NCBI RefSeq assembly: GCF_009734345.1
Contig: NZ_CP032551.1
Location: 1,290,001-1,322,000, forward strand
Length of the DNA: 32,000 nt
Source of the DNA: Pseudidiomarina andamanensis
GTDB lineage: Bacteria > Pseudomonadota > Gammaproteobacteria > Enterobacterales > Alteromonadaceae
Direction: 5' to 3'
Shown: piece by piece, positions 18,928-26,827 of the stretch
Layout: the number at the start of each line of letters is the position of its first letter
Numbering within the stretch: the first letter of the stretch is position 1
Notes under the pieces: generated by a model
What the model was told of the DNA's origin: nothing
Databases searched by the model: none
Seen by the model: only the letters and a program-made list of their open reading frames with translations
Position numbers and translations under genes: made by a program

Positions 18928-20658
18928 ATGGCGACGTCGAGTATTTCAAAATCCCTTCTTACCAACGTACTTTCAGTCTATTTCGTATTGACCCTGATTG
19001 TGACGTCGGTACAAGTTGTGGGGGAATATTACGACACCAAGAATATGTTGGTTCAGGAGTTACACAACCAACAAAGCACGTTTAGCCATTCTTTGGCGCG
19101 CTCGCTTTGGGAATACAATACGCCACAAATTGAAGCCATTGCAGACGGCCTTATCAATATTCCAGCGATAGCAGGATTGGTGATTCGCGATGATACGGGG
19201 CGTATTGTTAGCCAACTGGGGCGCACCCCGCCGCTTCGCGCCTTTCCTACCATATCGGCAGATAGTTACGAACTACCCGAGCGCGATGGTGTATTTGGTT
19301 ACTACTCCAAATTAGTGTTTGAGTTTTCTGGTGATTCAACCCAGGTTGGCGATGTGACACTGTACACTACCCGAGATATTGCCATTCAGCGCATCAAAGT
19401 AAGTCTTTACTTCATTATCGGCTCAGCGATTGTCAAAAGTACCTTTTTAATCATGCTGTTTAGCGTGGCGTTTCATCGCATGTTGAATCGCCCTATGCGT
19501 GATTTAATCAGCCAGATTCAAAACTTCAGACTCGACGATCTTGAACATTCAAAACTGCACATTCGTAGCTTACGAAACACGGAGTTTTTGTTGCTTGAGC
19601 GTGCTTACAATCAGCTGGTCGAGAATCTCAAAGAATACCAAGAAGATCTTGATAGAGCGCAGAAGCAGCTGTTGCATGTGAATCGAAAGCTGGATGAGCA
19701 AAACGGTATTCTCGAGCAAGAAGTCGCGCGTAAAACCAGTAATCTCAGTCGCGTTCTGGTTGACTTGGAACGGCAAAAAAATGACCTCGAGTTACGGCAA
19801 GACACACTGGAAAACGAAATTCGCCAACGACGTGTGGTTGAAACCGATTTGCGCGAAATTAATACGCGCCTTCAAGAGTCGCTCAGTGCGCTTGAACGCA
19901 CCCAAGATCAACTGATTGAATCAGAGAAGATGGCTTCTCTCGGTGGTCTCGTTGCCGGTATCACGCACGACGTCAACACCCCAATTGGCATCTCGGTCAC
20001 GGCGGCAACATATATTCGTGATCAGTTAACCGAAGCCGAAGAAGCGTTGAATAAAAAGGCACTGACCCAAGCACAGCTTACGAAGGTGTTTAAGCTCAGT
20101 AAGGAATCGCTCGATTTACTTGAAAGTAACCTAGCTCGTGCATCGGATTTAATCAGCAGCTTTAAACAAGTTGCCGTAGACCAAACTTCTGAAGTAGTTC
20201 GCGAAATTAACATTAAAGACTACTTAAACGGTGTGATTCAAACGCTCAATCCGCGCCTAAAACCATTTAAACCACGCATTCTGATTGAATGCCCTGATGA
20301 TATTGAAATTCGCTGCCCAGCAGGTGCCTTTGCGCAGATTTTCACAAATTTAATTATCAATTCCTTGATTCACGGCTTTGAAAATAAGCAAGATGGTGAA
20401 ATTGGCATTACCATTGAGCGCAACGATGACAAACTTGTGATTGTTTATCGCGACAATGGTAAAGGTTTGACGCAACAGCAACTCGATCAGTTATTCGATC
20501 CGTTTTTCACCACCAAGGTACAACAAGGTGGTAGTGGTTTAGGAACACATATTATTCGAAATCTCGTGACCCAAACCCTCAACGGTACCGTTGAAGCTGA
20601 AAGTGAACCGGGACAAGGCTTAACCTACCGCATGACATTAGCGGTAACATTTATCTAA
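18928..20658 (+). CDS. Membrane sensor histidine kinase (no receiver domain)
   Basis: It has two TM segments flanking a ~150 aa periplasmic domain, then a long coiled coil. The H-box is AGITHDVNTPIG. HATPase_c boxes are N (NLIINSLIHGF), G1 (DNGKGL), F (FDPFFTTK) and G2 (GGSGLGTHI). I prefer the ATG at 18928 (AAGGA 6 nt upstream) over the TTG at 18874. Confidence 0.85.
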   Translation: MATSSISKSLLTNVLSVYFVLTLIVTSVQVVGEYYDTKNMLVQELHNQQSTFSHSLARSLWEYNTPQIEAIADGLINIPAIAGLVIRDDTGRIVSQLGRTPPLRAFPTISADSYELPERDGVFGYYSKLVFEFSGDSTQVGDVTLYTTRDIAIQRIKVSLYFIIGSAIVKSTFLIMLFSVAFHRMLNRPMRDLISQIQNFRLDDLEHSKLHIRSLRNTEFLLLERAYNQLVENLKEYQEDLDRAQKQLLHVNRKLDEQNGILEQEVARKTSNLSRVLVDLERQKNDLELRQDTLENEIRQRRVVETDLREINTRLQESLSALERTQDQLIESEKMASLGGLVAGITHDVNTPIGISVTAATYIRDQLTEAEEALNKKALTQAQLTKVFKLSKESLDLLESNLARASDLISSFKQVAVDQTSEVVREINIKDYLNGVIQTLNPRLKPFKPRILIECPDDIEIRCPAGAFAQIFTNLIINSLIHGFENKQDGEIGITIERNDDKLVIVYRDNGKGLTQQQLDQLFDPFFTTKVQQGGSGLGTHIIRNLVTQTLNGTVEAESEPGQGLTYRMTLAVTFI

Positions 20659-20698
20659 TTCATTTCGATATCTCGAAGTTATTAATCAAGGACATAAC

Positions 20699-21604
20699 AT
20701 GTGGTTTAAGAACTTGCGAATTTATACGCTCGCAGATGATTTTGTTTTACCTGAAAACCTCGAACAACGCCTAAGTGATCATGCTTTCCGTCCATGTGGC
20801 CGTCAAGAATTAGCAAGCTTTGGTTGGAGCTCGCCATTCGGTCAACACAGTGACGTTCTATTTCATCAAATTGGTCACGCGTATTTATTTTGTGCGCGCA
20901 AAGAAGAAAAAGTACTGCCTGCCGCAGTAGTGAGCGCTGAAGTTGATGAAGTGGTGAATCAAATTGAGGCTGAACAGGGTCGTAAAGTTGCCGGGAAAGA
21001 GAAGCAAAACCTTAAAGAAGACATTATTCACCGATTGTTACCGCAAGCATTTACACGGTTTCGACTAACTTGGGGCTTACTTGATACCGATTTGAATATT
21101 GTTGTTGTGGATGCGTCCGCTGCAAATCGCGCTGAAGACTTTCTCGGTATGCTCAGAAGCAGTTTTGGTTCTCTGCCAGTCAAACCATTATTTAGCGAGA
21201 ACCCAAGCGAGCTTTATTTCACGCAGTGGTTAAAAGACGGCAAAGCACCGGGTAACTTCGATTTTGGTGATGAAGTTGAATTACGAGATAACAGTGATGA
21301 CGGGGGTATCGTCCGTGTGCGTCAACATGCGTTGACAGGTACGGAAATTGAAACTCATCTTGCCCATGGTAAACAAGCGACAAAAATAGGTTTAGACTGG
21401 AACGAACGTCTCACTTTTGTGCTAGAACATGATCTAGCAGTAAAACGTTTCAAGCCAACGGACTTATTAGTTGATGAACAAGATAAGCTTGTTGATGCGA
21501 CCCCAGAACAAAAAATTGATGCTGATTTTGCTCTCTTGGCTGGAGAGATCCGTGCATTTTATCCAGACCTTGTGAGCTTATTTGCCCAAAGGAACGAACA
21601 ATGA
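20699..21604 (+). CDS. rdgC: Recombination-associated protein RdgC
   Basis: 301 aa. The N-terminus MWFKNLRIYTL is characteristic of RdgC, and size and composition fit. Confidence 0.92.
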   Translation: MWFKNLRIYTLADDFVLPENLEQRLSDHAFRPCGRQELASFGWSSPFGQHSDVLFHQIGHAYLFCARKEEKVLPAAVVSAEVDEVVNQIEAEQGRKVAGKEKQNLKEDIIHRLLPQAFTRFRLTWGLLDTDLNIVVVDASAANRAEDFLGMLRSSFGSLPVKPLFSENPSELYFTQWLKDGKAPGNFDFGDEVELRDNSDDGGIVRVRQHALTGTEIETHLAHGKQATKIGLDWNERLTFVLEHDLAVKRFKPTDLLVDEQDKLVDATPEQKIDADFALLAGEIRAFYPDLVSLFAQRNEQ

Positions 21605-23274
21605 TTAAAACAATCCGTTTTCCACTGACTGCACTGGCAGTCAGCCTAACACTACTCGGATGCAGCCAAGAGCCTGCACCGGTTGAAAAGGCGCAATCCG
21701 AAGCTCCGGCTGTTGAATTAGTCGCCGATGCCAAATCACGCCTCGACATCTACTACCCAATGGACTTAACAGCTGATTTAAGCCACCTTTCTGAGCGTCA
21801 ACGCCATGTGGTTGAACTGTTAATTGAAGCCTCTGAAATCATGGATGACTTATTCTGGCAGCAAGCCTATGGTGCGAGCGCAAGCAGTCTTTTGAATCGC
21901 ATTAGCGACGAGAACGTGAAGAATTTTGCGGCAATCAATTACGGCCCATGGGATCGTTTAAATAACGACAAACCATTCTTAACTGGATTTGGTGAGAAGC
22001 CAGCTGGTGCCAATTTCTATCCGTCTGATATGACCAAAGAAGAGTTCGAACAAGCCGAGTTTGAAGGCAAAATCGACCTTTACACCCTGGTTCGTCGCAA
22101 CGACCAAGGTGAGCTTTACGCCGTCCCATACAACGAGGCTTACCGTTCACAGTTAGAGAAAGCTGCAGCGTTATTACGCGAGGCCGCTGAGTTTACTGAA
22201 GACGAAGGCTTCAAAAACTATCTCACCATGCGGGCTGATGCATTTTTGAGCAATGACTATCAGCCTTCTGATTTTGCTTGGATGGATATGACCAATAACG
22301 CGATTGACGTGGTGATTGGCCCTATTGAAAGCTATGAAGATCAGCTTTACGGCTATCGTGCCGCGTTCGAGTCTTATGTGCTGATTAAAGATCTCGAATG
22401 GAGTGAAAAGTTAGCGGTGTATGCCCAGTACTTACCTGAGCTACAACAGAATCTTCCGGTTCCAGCTGAGTACAAAGCCGAAGTGCCTGGCGCAGGTGCA
22501 CAGCTCAATGCTTATGATGTGGTTTATTATGCCGGTCACTCGAATGCCGGAAGTAAGACTATCGCCATCAACTTGCCAAATGACGAAGAAGTGCAGTTAC
22601 AAAAAGGCACGCGTCGATTACAGCTGAAAAACGCCATGCGCGCGAAGTTCGACGCAATCATGTTACCGATTGCCGACGAACTCATTGTGCCTGAGCAACG
22701 CCAGCACATTACCTTTGATGCGTTCTTCGCCAATACCATGTTCCATGAAGTTGCACACGGTCTTGGTATCAAAAACTTGGTTGGCCAATCTGGCACAGTG
22801 CGTGAAGCGCTTAAAGAACATGCTTCAGCGCTAGAGGAAGGCAAAGCCGACATTCTAGGTTTGTATATGGTCACTCAGTTGTTAGAAGCTGGCGTGATAA
22901 CTGAAGGCGTTCTAGAGGATTACTACACCACGTTCTTAGCGGGTATCTTTCGCTCGGTTCGTTTTGGTGCCTCAAGTGCACACGGCAAAGCAAACATGAT
23001 TCGCTTTAATTACTTTGAACAAGCCGGTGCGTTTTCACGCAACGAGCAAGGTCAGTATTCCGTGAATATGGATGCCATGCGCGCCGCCATGAATAGTTTG
23101 TCAGAGAAAATTTTAACCCTTCAAGGTGACGGCGATTACCAAGGTGTTGGCGAACTCTTTGATACCATGGGCAACATTAGTCCGCAGTTACAAGCTGATT
23201 TAGATCGCTTGTCGGCTGCCGACATTCCTGTGGATATTACTTTCCGCCAAGGTAAGAGTGTTCTAGGTCTTTAA
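21601..23274 (+). CDS. Zinc-dependent lipoprotein peptidase, M49 (DPP III)-like family
   Basis: 557 aa. It has a lipoprotein signal with lipobox LTLLGC. The metal-binding motif pair is FHEVAHGLG and EEGKADILG, resembling the bacterial 'dipeptidyl-peptidase 3 family' / plant NUDT3 C-terminal-domain group. Its ATG overlaps the rdgC stop (ATGA). Confidence 0.7.
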   Translation: MIKTIRFPLTALAVSLTLLGCSQEPAPVEKAQSEAPAVELVADAKSRLDIYYPMDLTADLSHLSERQRHVVELLIEASEIMDDLFWQQAYGASASSLLNRISDENVKNFAAINYGPWDRLNNDKPFLTGFGEKPAGANFYPSDMTKEEFEQAEFEGKIDLYTLVRRNDQGELYAVPYNEAYRSQLEKAAALLREAAEFTEDEGFKNYLTMRADAFLSNDYQPSDFAWMDMTNNAIDVVIGPIESYEDQLYGYRAAFESYVLIKDLEWSEKLAVYAQYLPELQQNLPVPAEYKAEVPGAGAQLNAYDVVYYAGHSNAGSKTIAINLPNDEEVQLQKGTRRLQLKNAMRAKFDAIMLPIADELIVPEQRQHITFDAFFANTMFHEVAHGLGIKNLVGQSGTVREALKEHASALEEGKADILGLYMVTQLLEAGVITEGVLEDYYTTFLAGIFRSVRFGASSAHGKANMIRFNYFEQAGAFSRNEQGQYSVNMDAMRAAMNSLSEKILTLQGDGDYQGVGELFDTMGNISPQLQADLDRLSAADIPVDITFRQGKSVLGL

Positions 23275-23281
23275 TAGATTG

Positions 23282-23308
23282 AAGGGAGCCAAGATATTTG
23301 GCTCCCTT
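23282..23308. terminator. Rho-independent terminator after the peptidase gene (bidirectional with the 76 aa ORF)
   Basis: An 11-bp perfect stem, aagggagccaa (23282-23292) with ttggctccctt (23298-23308), encloses the loop gatat and is followed by a T-rich tract. Confidence 0.6.
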
Positions 23309-23330
23309 TTCCTGCCGTTTTGTTCATGAT

Positions 23331-23561
23331 TCACGCGCGCTCAAATTTATTCACAAACCAGTAAAGCGCAGCACTCGGTATTCCTGAAACGAGTGTTAAA
23401 ACGAACCAAAAAAAACCATTCAATAAATAAATATCCTTACCTGCTCTTCGGGTAGCAAGCGCATTTGAATAAACGGCAATGGCTAATACAACATGAACTG
23501 TGGCTGTAAGCAGTAGATAAAAAATACCAAGGCCTGAAGTAAAAGAATGTTCTAAAACCAT
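23331..23561 (-). CDS. Hypothetical 76 aa two-TM membrane protein (orphan)
   Basis: Two hydrophobic helices (GLGIFYLLLTATVHVVLAIAVY and GFFWFVLTLVSGIPSAALYWFV) are separated by a basic loop (TRRAGKD). It lies 18 nt downstream of the 319 aa gene on the same strand. It is low in GC, and I recognise no family. Confidence 0.5.
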   Translation of the reverse strand: MVLEHSFTSGLGIFYLLLTATVHVVLAIAVYSNALATRRAGKDIYLLNGFFWFVLTLVSGIPSAALYWFVNKFERA

Positions 23562-23579
23562 CTACATTTCCTTTTGCGA

Positions 23580-24539
23580 TTAATTACAACTGTATGAACA
23601 AAGATATTTTCCATCGCCTGAATATCTACATGATGTGAAAAATGTATTATTCGTACACACTGTACCTGAAAACTCAACGTTAAAATAAGAACCGTAGTTC
23701 TGAAATCCATTAAAACTACTGAGACTTCCGAAATTAAAGTTTCCTGAGAACTCGCTCTCTTCCGTCGGTATTTGATTATTTTCGCAATCGAATGCACTAC
23801 CCTCTACTACCTCAAATGTATTTCCATCTCCCGATATGATTACATCAGCAACCCCCCCATCGGGAAAGTTTATCGTTTGAGGTAACCCAAATAAACTTCC
23901 CTCTACAGAGAGAGAAAAGGCACCTGAACCTGTTGTAAATGTAATGTTCGCTTTGCTTAGGAAGTTATTCCAAGTGTTTATGAATGATTGACTCACCGGA
24001 TACCATTGAAGCATTTTGTCAAATACATTTTTTCTAAATTGGGAGTCTAATATAAATTCGTAAACTCCTTTATCCGAAGCTTTGCATGATTTCCCGTTGT
24101 TTCCCGACGTATAATTCGCTATTTCTCGAAAAACTTTAGATTCCTTCGGTGATGACCCTAGCCCTGAGACACTAACTGACGATATGAGATCGCTCAGCAT
24201 ATTAGGTGATGACTCAAACTCAGCAATTAAATTTCTTCTTGATTCAAAAAACTCCTGAACAGCTAACTTCACATCTTCTCCCGTTTCGAGCCCACTTACG
24301 CGCTGCCAACCAAGCTCCATGTCAATGTGGACTCGATACAAAAATAGTTTCTCAGTCTTTAAGTCTATTACATAATGCGAAGATAATTCTCTAAAGGGGT
24401 TAATCTTATATGCATTTTCAAGAACTCTAGATTTATGCTCTTCAACTGAACAAGCGTTACACTCTAGTAAATAAGGTGATGCGAGAGCCTCATTTAGTAA
24501 AGTCACTGTAAAGGCAATTAGAATAAATAACTTTCTCAT
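23580..24539 (-). CDS. Hypothetical secreted protein, 319 aa, 8 Cys (orphan)
   Basis: It has a Sec signal peptide (MRKLFILIAFTVTLLNEALA|SP) and an AAGGA Shine-Dalgarno about 9 nt upstream. Mature Cys residues are at 27, 30, 152, 252, 295, 304, 314 and 318. The C-terminal half is rich in G/S/N/F. A hand count gave about 32% GC in a 120-nt sample. I recognise no family. Confidence 0.65.
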   Translation of the reverse strand: MRKLFILIAFTVTLLNEALASPYLLECNACSVEEHKSRVLENAYKINPFRELSSHYVIDLKTEKLFLYRVHIDMELGWQRVSGLETGEDVKLAVQEFFESRRNLIAEFESSPNMLSDLISSVSVSGLGSSPKESKVFREIANYTSGNNGKSCKASDKGVYEFILDSQFRKNVFDKMLQWYPVSQSFINTWNNFLSKANITFTTGSGAFSLSVEGSLFGLPQTINFPDGGVADVIISGDGNTFEVVEGSAFDCENNQIPTEESEFSGNFNFGSLSSFNGFQNYGSYFNVEFSGTVCTNNTFFTSCRYSGDGKYLCSYSCN

Positions 24540-24588
24540 TGTTCATTCCTTTTCTTATAATATTGAAAGATCAGACTAAATACTCGTG

Positions 24589-24750
24589 ATGGACATTTCA
24601 AATAAATTCACATACCTCATAAATACCTACAATGATCCTTTTAAAACTATAAATTTTCTAACATCACATATTAGCCATCTTTCATGTGAAATTAGCGACA
24701 TTCCTGTAGATACTACTTTTCGCCAAGTTAATTGCGTACTTGGAGCGTAA
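24589..24750 (+). pseudogene. Relic 3' fragment of an M49-like peptidase gene (diverged duplicate of 23095-23274)
   Basis: The last 54 nt (24697-24750) align without gaps to 23221-23274. By hand count, 28 of the first 31 nt and 41 of 54 overall are identical, and both end with an in-frame TAA. Translation gives DIPVDTTFRQVNCVLGA* versus DIPVDITFRQGKSVLGL*. The frame stays open back to 24580, with weaker similarity (MDISNKFTYL.. versus MNSLSEKILTL..). There is no 5' part of a gene. Confidence 0.55.
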
Positions 24751-24818
24751 CCACCAGTCTTAGCTAATGGTCTTGAGTAAAGCACTGCGCACTGGTTCCA
24801 TTAATATGCTAAATAAGT

Positions 24819-24855
24819 GAGAGATTTTTATTCAAAGTTTAAATAAAAGTCTCTC
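24819..24855. terminator. Hairpin spanning the yfiC stop codon; probable shared terminator of the ancestral convergent gene pair
   Basis: A 12-bp stem, gagagattttta (24819-24830) with taaaagtctctc (24844-24855), has one G-U pair on the plus-strand RNA and a 13-nt loop. T-rich sequence follows on the plus strand and TTATTT on the minus strand. Confidence 0.4.
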
Positions 24856-25541
24856 GTTATTTGTTTAAAGCCCGCCGTGTATTGCCCTGCTTCGTCGCGA
24901 ATTACTAGTTTTTCGAACTTCGTAGATTCCGCTTTTGAAGCGCTAATAAACTCCAATAAGATTAAATAAGGTGCTTTTTTCGGGGTGCTCTGAACCTTGT
25001 ATTGGCGCGCCAATTGCAAGTTCATGGCCGCTAATTCAGAAACAATTGTATCCTGTGCTTGTATTGGTGCAACCACCGCAATTCGACCATTTGGCGCAAG
25101 TAACTGAGCGGCCCGTTGTAACCACACTCGCCAAACATCGCCTGTGCCCTGACGTGCCAATTCACGCTCTTTGCTGGCGCTCGCCAGATGGTTGGCGAAG
25201 TACGGTGGATTCATGACGATGAGGTCGTACTGATTCTCACGATAAGCCGCGGTTGTGACATCACCTTGTGTGATCATGATTTTGTCGGGCCACGGCGATG
25301 CCAACGCATTCTGTTGTGCTTGAATGGCAGCGCGTGCATCGAGTTCAATCGCCTCAATTTTTGCTGATGCCGTGCTTCGTTGCGCCAACATTAATGCAAG
25401 AATGCCACAGCCGGTGCCCATATCGAGTATGCGTTGCGCCATATCGACCTCAACCCAAGCTCCGAACAGCAGGCTATCGGTGCTAACTTTCATCGCACAT
25501 TGGTCATCTTTCAGGTAAAATTGCCGGCATTGAAAGCCCAT
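24828..25541 (-). CDS. yfiC: tRNA1(Val) (adenine37-N6)-methyltransferase (YfiC/TrmN6)
   Basis: 237 aa. Features are KQF..D.CAMKVSTDSLLFGAW, SAM motif GTGCGILALMLAQR and the N6-adenine MTase motif NPPY (VMNPPYF). It is divergent from srmB as in E. coli. Confidence 0.88.
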   Translation of the reverse strand: MGFQCRQFYLKDDQCAMKVSTDSLLFGAWVEVDMAQRILDMGTGCGILALMLAQRSTASAKIEAIELDARAAIQAQQNALASPWPDKIMITQGDVTTAAYRENQYDLIVMNPPYFANHLASASKERELARQGTGDVWRVWLQRAAQLLAPNGRIAVVAPIQAQDTIVSELAAMNLQLARQYKVQSTPKKAPYLILLEFISASKAESTKFEKLVIRDEAGQYTAGFKQITRDFYLNFE

Positions 25542-25596
25542 AGGCTTCTCCGTAAGAAATTTGCGTACTACTTATCCGTAACGACAGGAACTAAGC

Positions 25597-26814
25597 ATGA
25601 CACCCGATTGGGAACAATTAGAACTGGATGACGAGCTCATCGATGTTCTCAAGGCTGCTGACATTAACAAGCCAGCGAAAGTACAGCAAGCAGTTATTCC
25701 GGCAGCTCTGGATGGTCAAGACTTATTAGTCAATTCACCAACAGGTACTGGTAAAACGCTCGCATTTTTATTGCCGGCTATCCAACACCTCTTGGATTTC
25801 CCTCGTCGCCAACCTGGTTCAGCACGCATTCTTATTTTGGCACCAACACGCGAACTGGCACAGCAAATTGCTGAACAGGCCGACGCTTTTGGTGAAACAA
25901 CAGAACTCAAAACGGTACTCATTACCGGCGGCGTAAATTACGGTTCGCAGCATCAGCAACTCCAAGCGAGTCACGATATCTTAGTCGCAACGCCAGGACG
26001 TTTGCTTGATTTGATTGGCGCTGACCAATACGAGCTTGAAAACGTTGAATGGCTGGTTATTGATGAAGCTGATCGTATGCTCGACATGGGCTTTAGTAGT
26101 GCCGTGAAACAGCTGGTTAATGAAGCGCGTCACCTGAAGCAAACATTACTGTTTTCCGCCACACTTGAGAGTGCTGGGGTGAAGCGGTTCTCTGCCGAAA
26201 TTCAAAAAGAACCACAGCACATTACTGTGGAGCCGCCGAAGCGCGAGCGCGGTAAAATCTTACAGCGTTGGTATCAAGCCGATACTGCTGAGCACAAGTT
26301 GAAGCTGCTTGAGCGTGTGTTAGCCGAAAATACCGGGCGCCGAATTGTCTTCGTTCGTACCCGTGAGCGGGTTGAAGAGTTAGCGGGCAAATTACAGTCA
26401 GCAGGTATCAAAACCTTAACGCTGCGCGGCGACATGCCACAATCCGATCGCCAGCGTATTATTGCGCGCATGGAAAAGTTTGAAGACAGCACCCTAATCG
26501 CAACGGATGTGGCTGCTCGGGGTATTGATGTTGAAGATGTTGAGTTAGTGGTGAACTTCGATTTGCCGAAGACAGCCGACGTTTATTTGCACCGAATTGG
26601 TCGTACTGGTCGCGCTGGCAAATCTGGTTTAGCTATTGCTTTGGTTGAAGCGCACGACGCTGAATTACTTGGTCGTATTGAACGCTATCAGAAAGTCAAA
26701 CTTGAACGTCGCGTATTCGACGATTTAAGACCGCAATATAAATTCCCAACGCCGGGAAAAGCCAAGAAGAAAAAGGCCAAGAAAAAAGAAGCGAATAAAA
26801 AGAAAGCGAAGTAA
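25597..26814 (+). CDS. srmB: ATP-dependent DEAD-box RNA helicase SrmB
   Basis: 405 aa. Motifs are I (SPTGTGKT), II (VIDEADRM), III (FSAT) and VI (HRIGRTGRAG). N-terminal similarity includes LPAIQHLLDFPRRQPG. It has a Lys-rich C-terminal tail. Confidence 0.9.
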   Translation: MTPDWEQLELDDELIDVLKAADINKPAKVQQAVIPAALDGQDLLVNSPTGTGKTLAFLLPAIQHLLDFPRRQPGSARILILAPTRELAQQIAEQADAFGETTELKTVLITGGVNYGSQHQQLQASHDILVATPGRLLDLIGADQYELENVEWLVIDEADRMLDMGFSSAVKQLVNEARHLKQTLLFSATLESAGVKRFSAEIQKEPQHITVEPPKRERGKILQRWYQADTAEHKLKLLERVLAENTGRRIVFVRTRERVEELAGKLQSAGIKTLTLRGDMPQSDRQRIIARMEKFEDSTLIATDVAARGIDVEDVELVVNFDLPKTADVYLHRIGRTGRAGKSGLAIALVEAHDAELLGRIERYQKVKLERRVFDDLRPQYKFPTPGKAKKKKAKKKEANKKKAK

Positions 26815-26827
26815 TTTACTTCGCTTT
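26803..26827. terminator. Palindromic hairpin formed by the 3' coding ends of convergent srmB and the VanZ-like gene
   Basis: This is a perfect 12+1+12 palindrome, aaagcgaagtaa-t-ttacttcgcttt, centred on nt 26815. As RNA it would form a 10-bp stem (26803-26812 with 26818-26827) and a 5-nt loop. A T-run follows on the plus strand and an A/T-rich tract on the minus strand. Confidence 0.5.

Noticed and set aside
21450-21749. 99 aa minus-strand ORF spanning the rdgC/peptidase junction
   Set aside because: It is antisense to two confidently assigned genes, with no supporting signals.
23552-23797. 81 aa ORF overlapping the 3' end of the 319 aa gene and the 5' end of the 76 aa gene
   Set aside because: It is an alternative frame on the same strand, overlapping two ORFs that have better features (signal peptide or TM helices, plausible start context). 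It is AT-rich sequence that is open by chance.
26755-26812. A-rich stretch (aaagccaagaagaaaaaggccaagaaaaaagaagcg...) considered as a slippery or programmed-frameshift tract, or as a repeat
   Set aside because: It simply encodes the Lys-rich basic tail common in DEAD-box helicases. The frame continues cleanly to the stop.
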